32,000 nucleotides of DNA. It comes from Crocosphaera subtropica ATCC 51142 (GTDB taxonomy: Bacteria; Cyanobacteriota; Cyanobacteriia; Cyanobacteriales; Microcystaceae). The notes beneath the pieces are model-generated. The model was not told the origin of the DNA, made no database searches, and saw nothing but the letters and a program-made list of their open reading frames with translations. The position numbers and the translations under genes were made by a program. Positions 16,476 through 26,061 of the stretch are shown piece after piece. The stretch spans positions 510,001 to 542,000 of the forward strand of contig NC_010546.1 in NCBI RefSeq assembly GCF_000017845.1, read 5' to 3'. Position 1 is the stretch's first letter, and each line of letters starts with the position of its first letter.

Positions 16476-17291
16476 ATGTCAATTATACAGCAAGTTTTAC
16501 TCTGGATTTATGCTCTATTTAAAAAAACAGGTTTATTAGAAACAGCTTGGTTTAAAAAAATTTTTTATTGGGCTTACTTTTTTTATAAAAAACACATAGA
16601 AGATCCTTTTTTCGGATTAACTCAACAATATCCTGAACTTTTTATAGGAGGTCATATTTTAGATGTGGGGGCTAACATTGGTTATACAGCAACTTTGTTT
16701 AGTCAAGTTATTACCCCAGGGTTTCAAGTTTATGCCTTTGAACCCGAAATAAAAAATATTGATAGTTTACGAGAAATTCTGAATATTTATCATTTAATTG
16801 GTAAAGTTATTCCCATTCAAGCTGCTGTTGGTGCTAAAAAAGGAACCATAGAATTATGGCATAACGAAAGCCATCATGCTGATCATCGAATTCTTACCGA
16901 TACTTATAAAGCCTCTGGTGTTGCTGTTCAAGAAGTTTCTCAAGTTGCATTATTATCCATTGATGAATTTGTTCGAGATGAATTAAATAATGCTGCGATT
17001 AAGTTTATTAAAATTGATGTCCAAGGGTATGAATTTCCTGTTTGTTTAGGTATGGAAAAAACTTTACAAGCTAATCCTGACGCTGTAGTTGTTTTGGAAT
17101 ATATGCCTTCTGCAATTACTGAATTGGGATTTATGCCTCAAGAAATATTGGTATTTTTTCAGGAGCGAGATTATTTTATGTATGTTCTTACTCAACGAGG
17201 AAAATTATTAAAGGCTGATTTAGCAATTATAGAACAAGAAATAAAGAAAAAGACCTATATTGATTTAGTTTTTACTCATCAATTAATTTAA
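16476..17291 (+). CDS. FkbM-family methyltransferase
   Basis: 'ILDVGANIGYTATLF', 'VYAFEPE' and 'FIKIDVQGYEFPVCLG'. Adjacent paralogue of the preceding gene. Confidence 0.8.
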   Translation: MSIIQQVLLWIYALFKKTGLLETAWFKKIFYWAYFFYKKHIEDPFFGLTQQYPELFIGGHILDVGANIGYTATLFSQVITPGFQVYAFEPEIKNIDSLREILNIYHLIGKVIPIQAAVGAKKGTIELWHNESHHADHRILTDTYKASGVAVQEVSQVALLSIDEFVRDELNNAAIKFIKIDVQGYEFPVCLGMEKTLQANPDAVVVLEYMPSAITELGFMPQEILVFFQERDYFMYVLTQRGKLLKADLAIIEQEIKKKTYIDLVFTHQLI

Positions 17292-17303
17292 TAACAGATA
17301 AGC

Positions 17304-19193
17304 ATGAACTTACAAACATTATCTTTACCTTTAAAAATATCTAATCAGAGCTTATATTTAATTATTAGTTTAGGTATTGGAATAACTTTTTATTTTCTAA
17401 TTCTTTTGTTTGGATTACCTGAACTTCTTAATCAGTTTTTTCTAGAAACTAATAATTTAACTATTTTTATCATTACTATTTTTGCTGTTCTTTATTTTGC
17501 CTATTTACCCAATGGTTGGATAGGTATATTAACGAGTTTTACTGCTACTTTAGTTTTATTTTCATTACAACTTTCTCAACAGTGGCAGAGTTTATTACCT
17601 AGTAGTATTGGTAATGGCTATATTTTTAGTGGTTTATTACCTCTCAATGATGCCAATATCTACTATACAAGTGCTTTACGTTTATTACAGGGTGAAACTT
17701 TTACTGATACTGGTTCCCTTCGTCCTTTATCTCATGGTGCGATCGCTACAATTTTAGGATTAACTCAGGAAAACTTACAGATAACTTTAGCAATTATTGT
17801 GTTAATTACTGCTATTAGTTGCTTTTTTCTAGCCCGTGAAATCAAGAAATATCAAGGAACAATTGGATCAGCTATAATCCTAACTTTAATGTTTGCTTTT
17901 ATTAGACCCTATATTGGTTCAGTAGCCACAGAAAACTTAGGTCTTGCTGTGGGTGCTTTGGCAACGGCGGCAATGTGGCGTGGGTTACATAGTCAAAAAC
18001 TTAAAATTTGTTTGTTTGGACTTTTTTTATTGACCATAGCTTTAAATATTCGTGCAGGTGTTTTCTTTATACTACCTCTTTTTCTTGCTTGGAGTGTGTG
18101 GTTCTTTAAAGAAAAATCTCAGTTATCTAGTCCTTTTGTATTCGGAGGAATTAGTGTTATTTTATTAGGTTTTATTTTAAATTCTTTAGTTTTTAAATTA
18201 GTAGCTTTACCGGGTATCCAACCTAATGGTAATTTTGCTCATGTTTTGTATGGTATGACTGTTGGAGGAAACTGGACCAGTATTTTAACTGATCATCCGG
18301 AAATACACAATTCACAACAGAGGTATCAAATAGCATTTGAAGCATTATTAAATAATCCATTAGCTTTACCTAGAGGTTTTCTTCGTGCGTGGGATCAGTT
18401 TTTTTTACAGGATTTTGCTTTTTCATTTTTACGCAGCAATTCTATTAATTTTAGTTTACAAATTCTAAGTTTAGTAGCTATTTTTTACTGTTTACATCAA
18501 TGGCGTACTGCTATGGGTTCCTTTATGCTAATGGGACTTTTTGGTGTCTTATTATCATTACCTTTTGCTCCACCTTGGGACGCTGGTACACGGATTTATG
18601 CAGCAACCATACCATTTTTTGCTCTGTTTCCAACTGTAGGGTTAACATATCTCTGCCGAAAGTTTAAGCTATCAGTCTTGACAAAAACTTCTCAAATAGA
18701 TGAGTCACCTCAACTATTAATTAATTTTAGTATGGGATTAATTATATTTATGATTGTCGGAACAATGATTACAAAAATAGTTAGCCACACTCCTAAATTT
18801 TCAGAAATTATTTGCCCCCAAAGTTTAGAAACTGCCTACTTTTTCAATAGTGCTGGCTCATCGATTAATGTTGTAGCTAATAATGTTCAGAAAAAAAGTT
18901 ATATTCCAATAGCTAAAGTTAAAGACTTTAAAGAATCTTTTGTTATATATAAATCAGATAAAAACTTTAAACAGTTTTTTGATTATATGGACGAATTACA
19001 ACCCAATAGGAGTCTTATTAGTAAAATTAATCTAGCGAATAATCAAGGAATTTGGGTGATAACTGATACAAATATTATTCCTAAAGATAAGGGGATTATA
19101 GGAGTATGTGGTAAATCAATAAAATTGCCTCATGATCATTGGTTTCATGGTAAGTTATTTTTTGCTGATTCAATGAAGTTAGTTTCAAAGTAA
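17304..19193 (+). CDS. Polytopic integral membrane protein with a ~130-aa C-terminal soluble domain; candidate GT-C-fold enzyme of unassigned family
   Basis: About a dozen hydrophobic segments. The first long loop carries an acidic motif 'LPLNDANIYYTSALRLLQG'. The hydrophilic C-terminal region starts at about aa 495. No confident family signature. Confidence 0.4.
   Translation: MNLQTLSLPLKISNQSLYLIISLGIGITFYFLILLFGLPELLNQFFLETNNLTIFIITIFAVLYFAYLPNGWIGILTSFTATLVLFSLQLSQQWQSLLPSSIGNGYIFSGLLPLNDANIYYTSALRLLQGETFTDTGSLRPLSHGAIATILGLTQENLQITLAIIVLITAISCFFLAREIKKYQGTIGSAIILTLMFAFIRPYIGSVATENLGLAVGALATAAMWRGLHSQKLKICLFGLFLLTIALNIRAGVFFILPLFLAWSVWFFKEKSQLSSPFVFGGISVILLGFILNSLVFKLVALPGIQPNGNFAHVLYGMTVGGNWTSILTDHPEIHNSQQRYQIAFEALLNNPLALPRGFLRAWDQFFLQDFAFSFLRSNSINFSLQILSLVAIFYCLHQWRTAMGSFMLMGLFGVLLSLPFAPPWDAGTRIYAATIPFFALFPTVGLTYLCRKFKLSVLTKTSQIDESPQLLINFSMGLIIFMIVGTMITKIVSHTPKFSEIICPQSLETAYFFNSAGSSINVVANNVQKKSYIPIAKVKDFKESFVIYKSDKNFKQFFDYMDELQPNRSLISKINLANNQGIWVITDTNIIPKDKGIIGVCGKSIKLPHDHWFHGKLFFADSMKLVSK
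17739..17746. repeat. HIP1 octamer GCGATCGC
   Basis: Exact match. It is the first one after position 528. Confidence 0.95.
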
Positions 19194-19211
19194 ATTTTAT
19201 CTATCTAAATT

Positions 19212-22200
19212 ATGAAAACATTTATTATCATAGATCATTCTCTTTGTAATCTTCAAGGACATCATTACGAATGTAGTTTATCCGTAGCTGAATCAGCAGC
19301 CAGACAAGGATATGAGCCTATTATTGTTGCTAATAAGGCTTTTCCAAAAACATTATATCCTAATAATATTAAGGTTATTCCAGCTTTTGAGGTTGATTGG
19401 TTTGATAACCCAGTTTCTTCTAAAGAAAAAAATAAGATATTAGATTTCTTTGACTTTCTAGAAAATCATCCTTTAGAAAAATTATCAGAAAAAATTAATC
19501 ATAAATTTCAATTTTACTTTAGATATTGGGAATTAACACAACCTAAACTTAAGGCTCTTTTAGAAAAAATTAAAGGAAGTACCTCAAGATTACTTAATTG
19601 GATACAACAAGATATTGATTTATTACGTTCTATTCCTTTTTCTAATACGTTATGGGGAATATTTAAAATTATTTGGGGATTGGTTAGATATATTTTAGCT
19701 ACATTTTTAAGAAAAGTAAACAAAGCATTAATTAAATTATTAACGCCAAAAAATGAAAGCTTTAAAGACACACTATCTAACATTTTCAAGGAAATTAAAC
19801 TAACGTCAGAGGATGAAGTATTTATTCATACAATTGGTATTAAACAAGTCGAAGATGTCTATCATTACTTAGCTTCTGCGGATCTATCTAAAATGCCTCG
19901 ATTTCATATTCTCTTACGTCGAGATATTGATGATCCTTTAGTCGTTTATGCTCCAGGAATGGGATTAAAAGCAATTTTTGATAACTGTTATAACTCTCAA
20001 TTATGGCCAGATAAAATACAGTTTTATACTGATACTGATGATTTAATTCAACGCTATAATAGTTTAAGTAACGTCAAATTATACAAAATACCTATTCCTT
20101 TTAGGCAAGAAAAATTAACACAAATAGTAGAGAAAGCAGATAAAAATAAACCTGTTCATCTTGTTTATTTAGGGGATGCAAGACCAGAAAAAGGCTATCA
20201 TTATTTACCTAATATTGTTGAATATTTATGGACAGATTATATTCAACCTGGCAAAATTAAGGTAACGATTCAATCTAATTTTAGTATTGAAGGAGGAGAA
20301 GGGTTAATTCCTCAAGCTCGCTTAGCTTTAGAAAGATATCCAGACAGTAAAGTAAAGTTAATTAAAACAGCTATGTCTGCTGATGATTATTATCAACTTT
20401 TAGCAGAAGCTGATGCTTTAATTTTACCTTATGATACTAATAGTTATCGCTTCCGAACTTCAGGGGTATTAACCGAAGCTTTAGCAGCAGGAAAACCCGT
20501 TATTGTTCCTCAAAATAGTTGGTTAGGAAAACAAGTAGACTCATCAAGAGCAAGTCTTTATGAAAATTCTGATGAAATACCTAAAAAAGTTATAGAAATT
20601 GTCGAAAATTTAGATCGATTTTCAGAGTCAGCTAGAAAATTTTCTAAAAGATGGCTTGAACAAAATTCTCCTGATAGTTTAGTTAAAACTTTACTAGATG
20701 GTAAAGATAATAACTACGTTGATTATATAGAAGAAAATAAAGTAGAAAGTGATATCAATCATAAAAAAGTTATTAATAATATACCGAAATTATTACCTAA
20801 AATTCTGTTAGTAATAGAAAGTGATTTTTTATTAGATCAAGAAGCCGATAATAATTCTTTCTCTAACTATCTTGAATATTTAGGACTTTGTGGTTATGAA
20901 GTTTATGGATTATTCTTTACCAATAAGCAAGAACGAAAAGGAGAAAATTACGAACCTTTTTATCATCAAGTCTATCCAGTCATCGATCGACTGTTTCAAG
21001 AATTTTCAGTTAACCTAAAAGAAAGATGGATTATTGATTATGGTTCTCCTGATTTGATTCCTGATAATTTCAGTCTAAAAGAATATATTAAAGAGGTTTT
21101 AAATAATAAAAATAGTTTCAAAAGAAATTTGATTGAACGATATAATTTAAGTATTCCATCAGATTTAAGTCAATTACTACAAACGAATCAATTTGATGTT
21201 ATTTTTCTGAATTCTATTGTTAGTTACAGTATTATTGATCGATTCAATATAAAACAATCTTCAATAATTTGTGAAGTTCCTGAAATTGCATCTTATCAAT
21301 ATGCTGTGAATAATCATCGAGATATTGAGCAAGAAGACTATCAATTAGAATGTCAATTATTGAATCAATGTGATGCTTTAATTTTTCACCACCAATATGA
21401 ACTTGAAAAAATAAAAGAAACTATCAATAAACCTCAAGCATATGTTATTTCGGGTAATGAGAATTCAAACCAAACTGACTATTATCAAACAATGGATCAG
21501 GTGTTTAAGGCTTTACTGAATGATCGGGCTATACCCTTAAAAGCAACAGGTGAAAAAGTAGCTATTTTATATCCTTGGGGAGATATTTTAGAGCGTAAAA
21601 GTGGCGCAAGCAAACGGGTTGGCTTACTCATTGATTATTTAAAATTGCAATCTTATCAGGTTCGCTTATTTACCACAGGAGATGCCAAAGATTTTAGAGA
21701 AGATGGTGTACATTATACTTATTATCAACAATCTTATCAAGATTATTGTCTAATTAATGACCTTTATAAAGATGCTTATCAATCATGGTTTGATGCTTTA
21801 AATTTTGAGACTGAGCAAAATAATCAAACTTCGGAAAACTCAAAATTATCAGACCATTGGCTACCCTGGATATACTATCAATATCGCTTTGATTCAGGAT
21901 TTATTGATTATGTTAAAAAAATAGCAGAATGGGCAGATACTGTTATTTTAGAATATCCCTTTTGGGCTTTAACTGTTGGAGAGATTTGTCATCAACTTCA
22001 AACTCAATTACTGATTACAGCACATGATATTTTAGCCCAACAACTCGATTTAGAAACCTTAATAGGAAAAATTGCTTTAGCAGAAGAAATAAAAGCCCTT
22101 AAACAAGCCGATCATCTTATTTGTGTTTCTGAAACTGACCAAAATTTTTTAAAGCAATATCAACTATCATCCACTGTTATTCCTAACCCCATTAATTTAG

Positions 22201-22817
22201 AGCAAGATACCTCAGATGACTTATTATTAGAAGTTGCGTTACCCAAAATCAATAGCCCTTTTTGTTTGTTTGTGGGCAGTCAACACCAACCCAATATAGA
22301 AGCGGTAAAAATTATTCAACAAATAGCCAAAGATTTTTTAACTGATTATCCTGATATAGCTTGTCAGTTTGTCATTGTGGGTAGTTGTTGCGAACCTGAA
22401 GAGAAAAATAATTTTATTGCTTTAGGAAAAGTGAGTGATCAAGAACTATCCGCATTATATTATCGTGCCAGCTTAATTCTATCCCCCATTCTATCAGGCA
22501 CAGGAACCTCCTTAAAAATCGTGGAAGCTATGGCCTATGGAAAACTGGTTCTAGGCACTAACGTCGCCTTTCGAGGCTATTCGGTAGAGTCTGGGGAACA
22601 ATGTCTTATTTGCGATCGCCTAGATGACTATAGCCATATCATTACTCAATGGTTAAACAATAGTCAAAAAAGAGAAAATATCGAAAAAAATGCCCAAGAA
22701 TTTGCCAAAAATTATGATTATCGTAACTTATATTATTCCTATAAACAGCTAATTGAAAAATCGGATAAACTCATTAGGGAACTTCCAGAAATCAGTCAAC
22801 GTCAGCAACAGCATTGA
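19212..22817 (+). CDS. 1201-aa protein with two GT-B (GT4/GT1-like) glycosyltransferase modules separated by a long linker
   Basis: Module 1 has 'VHLVYLGDARPEKGYHYL' and 'ILPYDTNSYRFRTSGVLTEALAAGKPVIVP'. Module 2 starts near aa 782 with 'KVAILYPWGDILERKSGASKRVGLLIDYL', then 'FCLFVGSQHQPNIEAV' and 'GTGTSLKIVEAMAYGKLVLGT'. Confidence 0.7.
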   Translation: MKTFIIIDHSLCNLQGHHYECSLSVAESAARQGYEPIIVANKAFPKTLYPNNIKVIPAFEVDWFDNPVSSKEKNKILDFFDFLENHPLEKLSEKINHKFQFYFRYWELTQPKLKALLEKIKGSTSRLLNWIQQDIDLLRSIPFSNTLWGIFKIIWGLVRYILATFLRKVNKALIKLLTPKNESFKDTLSNIFKEIKLTSEDEVFIHTIGIKQVEDVYHYLASADLSKMPRFHILLRRDIDDPLVVYAPGMGLKAIFDNCYNSQLWPDKIQFYTDTDDLIQRYNSLSNVKLYKIPIPFRQEKLTQIVEKADKNKPVHLVYLGDARPEKGYHYLPNIVEYLWTDYIQPGKIKVTIQSNFSIEGGEGLIPQARLALERYPDSKVKLIKTAMSADDYYQLLAEADALILPYDTNSYRFRTSGVLTEALAAGKPVIVPQNSWLGKQVDSSRASLYENSDEIPKKVIEIVENLDRFSESARKFSKRWLEQNSPDSLVKTLLDGKDNNYVDYIEENKVESDINHKKVINNIPKLLPKILLVIESDFLLDQEADNNSFSNYLEYLGLCGYEVYGLFFTNKQERKGENYEPFYHQVYPVIDRLFQEFSVNLKERWIIDYGSPDLIPDNFSLKEYIKEVLNNKNSFKRNLIERYNLSIPSDLSQLLQTNQFDVIFLNSIVSYSIIDRFNIKQSSIICEVPEIASYQYAVNNHRDIEQEDYQLECQLLNQCDALIFHHQYELEKIKETINKPQAYVISGNENSNQTDYYQTMDQVFKALLNDRAIPLKATGEKVAILYPWGDILERKSGASKRVGLLIDYLKLQSYQVRLFTTGDAKDFREDGVHYTYYQQSYQDYCLINDLYKDAYQSWFDALNFETEQNNQTSENSKLSDHWLPWIYYQYRFDSGFIDYVKKIAEWADTVILEYPFWALTVGEICHQLQTQLLITAHDILAQQLDLETLIGKIALAEEIKALKQADHLICVSETDQNFLKQYQLSSTVIPNPINLEQDTSDDLLLEVALPKINSPFCLFVGSQHQPNIEAVKIIQQIAKDFLTDYPDIACQFVIVGSCCEPEEKNNFIALGKVSDQELSALYYRASLILSPILSGTGTSLKIVEAMAYGKLVLGTNVAFRGYSVESGEQCLICDRLDDYSHIITQWLNNSQKRENIEKNAQEFAKNYDYRNLYYSYKQLIEKSDKLIRELPEISQRQQQH
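22612..22619. repeat. HIP1 octamer GCGATCGC
   Basis: Exact match. Confidence 0.95.
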
Positions 22818-22927
22818 TGTTTAACTTAGATTGTATTTTCTAAGACAAAAATCCCTTAATCTCACATTAGCTCTCGTAAACTAATTCGAGGTTAAGGATT
22901 AAAGTTGCTGACTCCTTATCAAATAAG

Positions 22928-22956
22928 TTGACAAACTCTCTAGTTGTGCTTAATAT
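22928..22956 (+). promoter_or_regulatory. Candidate sigma70-type promoter for the 23050-30705 sub-operon
   Basis: TTGACA (22928-22933), a 17-nt spacer, then TAATAT (22951-22956), ~94 nt upstream of the ATG at 23050. A second perfect TATAAT sits at 23021-23026 with only a weak -35. Confidence 0.45.
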
Positions 22957-23049
22957 TTTACGAATGCCATCATTAACCTTAACAAAACAATTAATTGGAT
23001 TGTATCAAGGAAAGCACAACTATAATAGAAAGCGATTAATTAGTATCTT

Positions 23050-26000
23050 ATGAAAGTCCTGATTGCTGATTTTGATTTATTTAGTAAGGTTGGCGGTGGT
23101 CAAACCTTTTATCGCAGTATCATTAAAAAAAATCCTCAAATTCAATTCTATTATATAGCAGAAAAAGAACCGTTAAACAGTCCCAGACCGACGAATGCAA
23201 CGGCAATTCCCTATAAAGAGCAATTTTTAATTAGTGACTTTAAAAACTTTTTTGAAGTAACCCCTCCTAAATGGGTAGAACGGGCTTTTGCCATGGCTAG
23301 TAATATTGCTGCCTCCGCTGAAGGTCAGCAATTTGATATTATTGATGTACCAGATTATGAACAATGGGGCATCTTTTTACGACCAGCTTTAAAACAATAT
23401 GGCATCAAATTTAACCGTATTGCTCTCTCAATGCACGGAAAAATATCGAAAACCCTTCGCTTAGATTGGTTTGACTGGGGACAGGCTAACATTCCCCTCG
23501 ATCTACAGGAAAAAATGCAGTACAAGGTGGCTGATATTCGCTACGGAATTAGTAAAAGTTATCTTGATGAATGGCGAGAGGATATTGAAGAGTTAGAAAG
23601 TTATTATTATAATCCGCTTCACTTTTTTGATTTGCCTAGACCGACTCAATGTTTACCTTCCACTGAGTCACCTACGCTGAACTTTATAGGACGCACAGAA
23701 AAGCGCAAAGGCCCTGATATTTTCATCGATTTAGTATGGTGGTTGCCAGAAACTAGCTATAGCAAAGCGCAGATTATTGGTCCTCATAGTTATAACTATA
23801 ATAATACGAAATCCTCTCAAACTTATCTACAAGAGATGATACAGCATCGTCAGAGTCATTTGAGGCTCTGTCCCCCCATGAAACGGGAAGAATTAACAGA
23901 ATTATTCGCCAGTAAATCCCTCACGTTTCTCCCTTCAAGGTACGATACTTTAAATTTAGTTGCCCTAGAATCTTTATTCTCCGGTTGTCCAACGGCAGTA
24001 GGAAATGGAGCAGGAGTGTGTCGTTTTCTAGAAGAAACCTTCCCAGAGGTTCCTTTTATTACTATCAATATTGATGACATTTATGCCTGTCTTCCTCAAC
24101 TAGAAACTGTTTTAGATAACTATGAAGATTATCGACAACATTTAGTTGACCAGTTATCAAAAGCTAATTTAGAAGTTAGTGATCCTAACTTAGAAGATAT
24201 CTATAATAGTTCTTCGGCTTCTCACCTAGAAATCCAAGATGAACTAGCTCAATGGTATAGTCAGTTACTCTCTTATTGGGAATCAGGTCAAAAAGGGTTG
24301 AGTTTGTCAAAGATTCCTGCGGTAAAAGCAGTGAAAAAACAGATTAAAGCTCAAATCAAACCTACTTATAAACAACTGAAAAAGACCTTAGCTGAAACTA
24401 AATCTAAACTAAAACAGCCCCTCGAAGAAACGAAAACCGCCCAAACTTTAAAGTCGCCTCAATTATTTGAACGTTATAAATATACGTTCAATGCCTCAGA
24501 ATTGAATCAAAAAGATTTAGGTAATAAAGTTAAAGAATGCTGGAAACTTGCCTCAGCCTTTGGGTCAGAAGAACAGGGATGGCGTGACAAGCTAAAAAAT
24601 GGCTATCGCATTGATCGGGTTCGGGCCTGGCGAGAAATTGCCCGTTTAGAAGAATTACGGGGCAATGAATTAGTAGCAGCAACCTACAAATTAAGGGGGT
24701 TAAGACTTTTAGACGGCGATCGCTTTGGGGATCTTCCCTATGTTCTGAGGGTATTACAGGATAAAGGTTTTACCCGTGAAGTGGAAGTTATCGATGCTAT
24801 GTACGGGAAAACCGGACAACGGGAAGAAAAGTGTTACAATTTCATCGAAAAAGCCCGTCAAGATAACTTACATAATCAAGCATGGGATTACGAAATCTTT
24901 GATGATCGTCGCCATAAGTCTGAGTATCGAGTTAGCGTAATTGTTTCTTTGTACAACGCAGCCGAGAAATTACCTTTATTCCTAAACACCCTACAACATC
25001 AAACCTTGATGCGCTCAGGGGAAGGGGAAATTATCTTAGTGGATAGCGGTTCTCCTGGGGATGAATACAAGGTCTTTAAACAACTGGCTGAGGAGTTAAA
25101 GTTACCCATTCTCTATGTGCGATCGCAAGCTAGAGAAACCATTCAAACCGCCTGGAACCGAGGAATTTCTTTAGCCAAATCCCCTTATTTGTCCTTCTTA
25201 GGAGTCGATGAAACTATCTTACCCGATGCCTTAGAAACCTTAGCTGATGAGTTAGATAAAAATCCAGACATTGATTGGGTCATTGGCCATAGTTTAGTTA
25301 CCAATGTGGATAAAAAAGGCAATTGGGTCAACGATATCATGCCCTATGATCGTACCCCCTATCATCAGGATTTAGTGTATCTAGAAACCTGTTATTTATC
25401 TTGGGTTGGAGCCTTATATCGTCGTTCCATTCACGATCGCTTTGGTTACTATGATGGCACATTCCGAGGAGCAGGGGACACCGAATTTAAGAGTCGACTG
25501 TTACCCCATATTAAAAGTAAAGTCATCGATCGCACGCTAGGGGTGTTCTGGAATTATCCCGACGAGAGAACCACCCAAAGTCCAGCAGCCGAAATTGAGG
25601 ACATGAGAGCTTGGTATGTGCATCGAACTTTAGCTGGGGTTCGTTATGCTTTTGCTCATCGCACCCCAGAAGAATTAGAGCAGCTAATTTACTTATGTTT
25701 GGCCTATCGTAAATCCTATTGTGGTCATACCAGTAGTGATTTGGAATATGCCTATAATCTCAGTTTGTATTTAAAAGAAATTCATCCCCAATCAAAAGCC
25801 CTGCAGTATCTTAAAGGAATCGAAACCTTATTACAGGCGTATCGTTCTTTAGATTGGATGCCTAAATTGTCTCGGTTTTCTCCCCTAGCAAAAGTTCTCC
25901 AAACCCGTAATTTAGCTAAACAAATCCAAGAAGAACATTTAGCGACCTGGAAAGAAGAGAAGAGTTTAGGCTTAAAACCAGATTATCGAATTTTCAACGA

Positions 26001-26061
26001 TAATCGCCACGAACAACACGCATTTTTATGGTTAACTAAAGTGGAGAAATCAGAATCATGA
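23050..26061 (+). CDS. Fusion of an N-terminal GT4 (GT-B) and a C-terminal GT2 (GT-A) glycosyltransferase joined by a helical linker
   Basis: N-terminus 'MKVLIADFDLFSKVGGGQTFY', 'LNFIGRTEKRKGPDIF' and 'FLPSRYDTLNLVALESLFSGCPTAVG'. C-terminal part from about aa 625: 'YRVSVIVSLYNAAEKLPLFLNTLQHQT', 'ILVDSGSPGDE' and 'FLGVDE'. Confidence 0.75.
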   Translation: MKVLIADFDLFSKVGGGQTFYRSIIKKNPQIQFYYIAEKEPLNSPRPTNATAIPYKEQFLISDFKNFFEVTPPKWVERAFAMASNIAASAEGQQFDIIDVPDYEQWGIFLRPALKQYGIKFNRIALSMHGKISKTLRLDWFDWGQANIPLDLQEKMQYKVADIRYGISKSYLDEWREDIEELESYYYNPLHFFDLPRPTQCLPSTESPTLNFIGRTEKRKGPDIFIDLVWWLPETSYSKAQIIGPHSYNYNNTKSSQTYLQEMIQHRQSHLRLCPPMKREELTELFASKSLTFLPSRYDTLNLVALESLFSGCPTAVGNGAGVCRFLEETFPEVPFITINIDDIYACLPQLETVLDNYEDYRQHLVDQLSKANLEVSDPNLEDIYNSSSASHLEIQDELAQWYSQLLSYWESGQKGLSLSKIPAVKAVKKQIKAQIKPTYKQLKKTLAETKSKLKQPLEETKTAQTLKSPQLFERYKYTFNASELNQKDLGNKVKECWKLASAFGSEEQGWRDKLKNGYRIDRVRAWREIARLEELRGNELVAATYKLRGLRLLDGDRFGDLPYVLRVLQDKGFTREVEVIDAMYGKTGQREEKCYNFIEKARQDNLHNQAWDYEIFDDRRHKSEYRVSVIVSLYNAAEKLPLFLNTLQHQTLMRSGEGEIILVDSGSPGDEYKVFKQLAEELKLPILYVRSQARETIQTAWNRGISLAKSPYLSFLGVDETILPDALETLADELDKNPDIDWVIGHSLVTNVDKKGNWVNDIMPYDRTPYHQDLVYLETCYLSWVGALYRRSIHDRFGYYDGTFRGAGDTEFKSRLLPHIKSKVIDRTLGVFWNYPDERTTQSPAAEIEDMRAWYVHRTLAGVRYAFAHRTPEELEQLIYLCLAYRKSYCGHTSSDLEYAYNLSLYLKEIHPQSKALQYLKGIETLLQAYRSLDWMPKLSRFSPLAKVLQTRNLAKQIQEEHLATWKEEKSLGLKPDYRIFNDNRHEQHAFLWLTKVEKSES
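24716..24723. repeat. HIP1 octamer GCGATCGC
   Basis: Exact match. Confidence 0.95.
25119..25126. repeat. HIP1 octamer GCGATCGC
   Basis: Exact match. Two 7/8 variants lie nearby at about 25433 and 25527. Confidence 0.95.

Noticed and set aside
17304-19193. Calling the 629-aa membrane protein a Wzy polymerase, WaaL-type O-antigen ligase or PglB-type oligosaccharyltransferase.
   Set aside because: I could not find the characteristic motifs: no WWDYG, and no Wzy_C-like Arg/His loop pattern that I can recognise by eye. The resemblance of the first loop to PglB rests on a handful of residues. I left it as an unassigned GT-C-like membrane protein.
22818-22927. A rho-independent terminator after the 1201-aa gene (imperfect complementarity around cccttaatc / ggttaaggattaaag).
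   Set aside because: The pairing is imperfect and short, and no U-tract follows, so I could not support a terminator call from the sequence alone.
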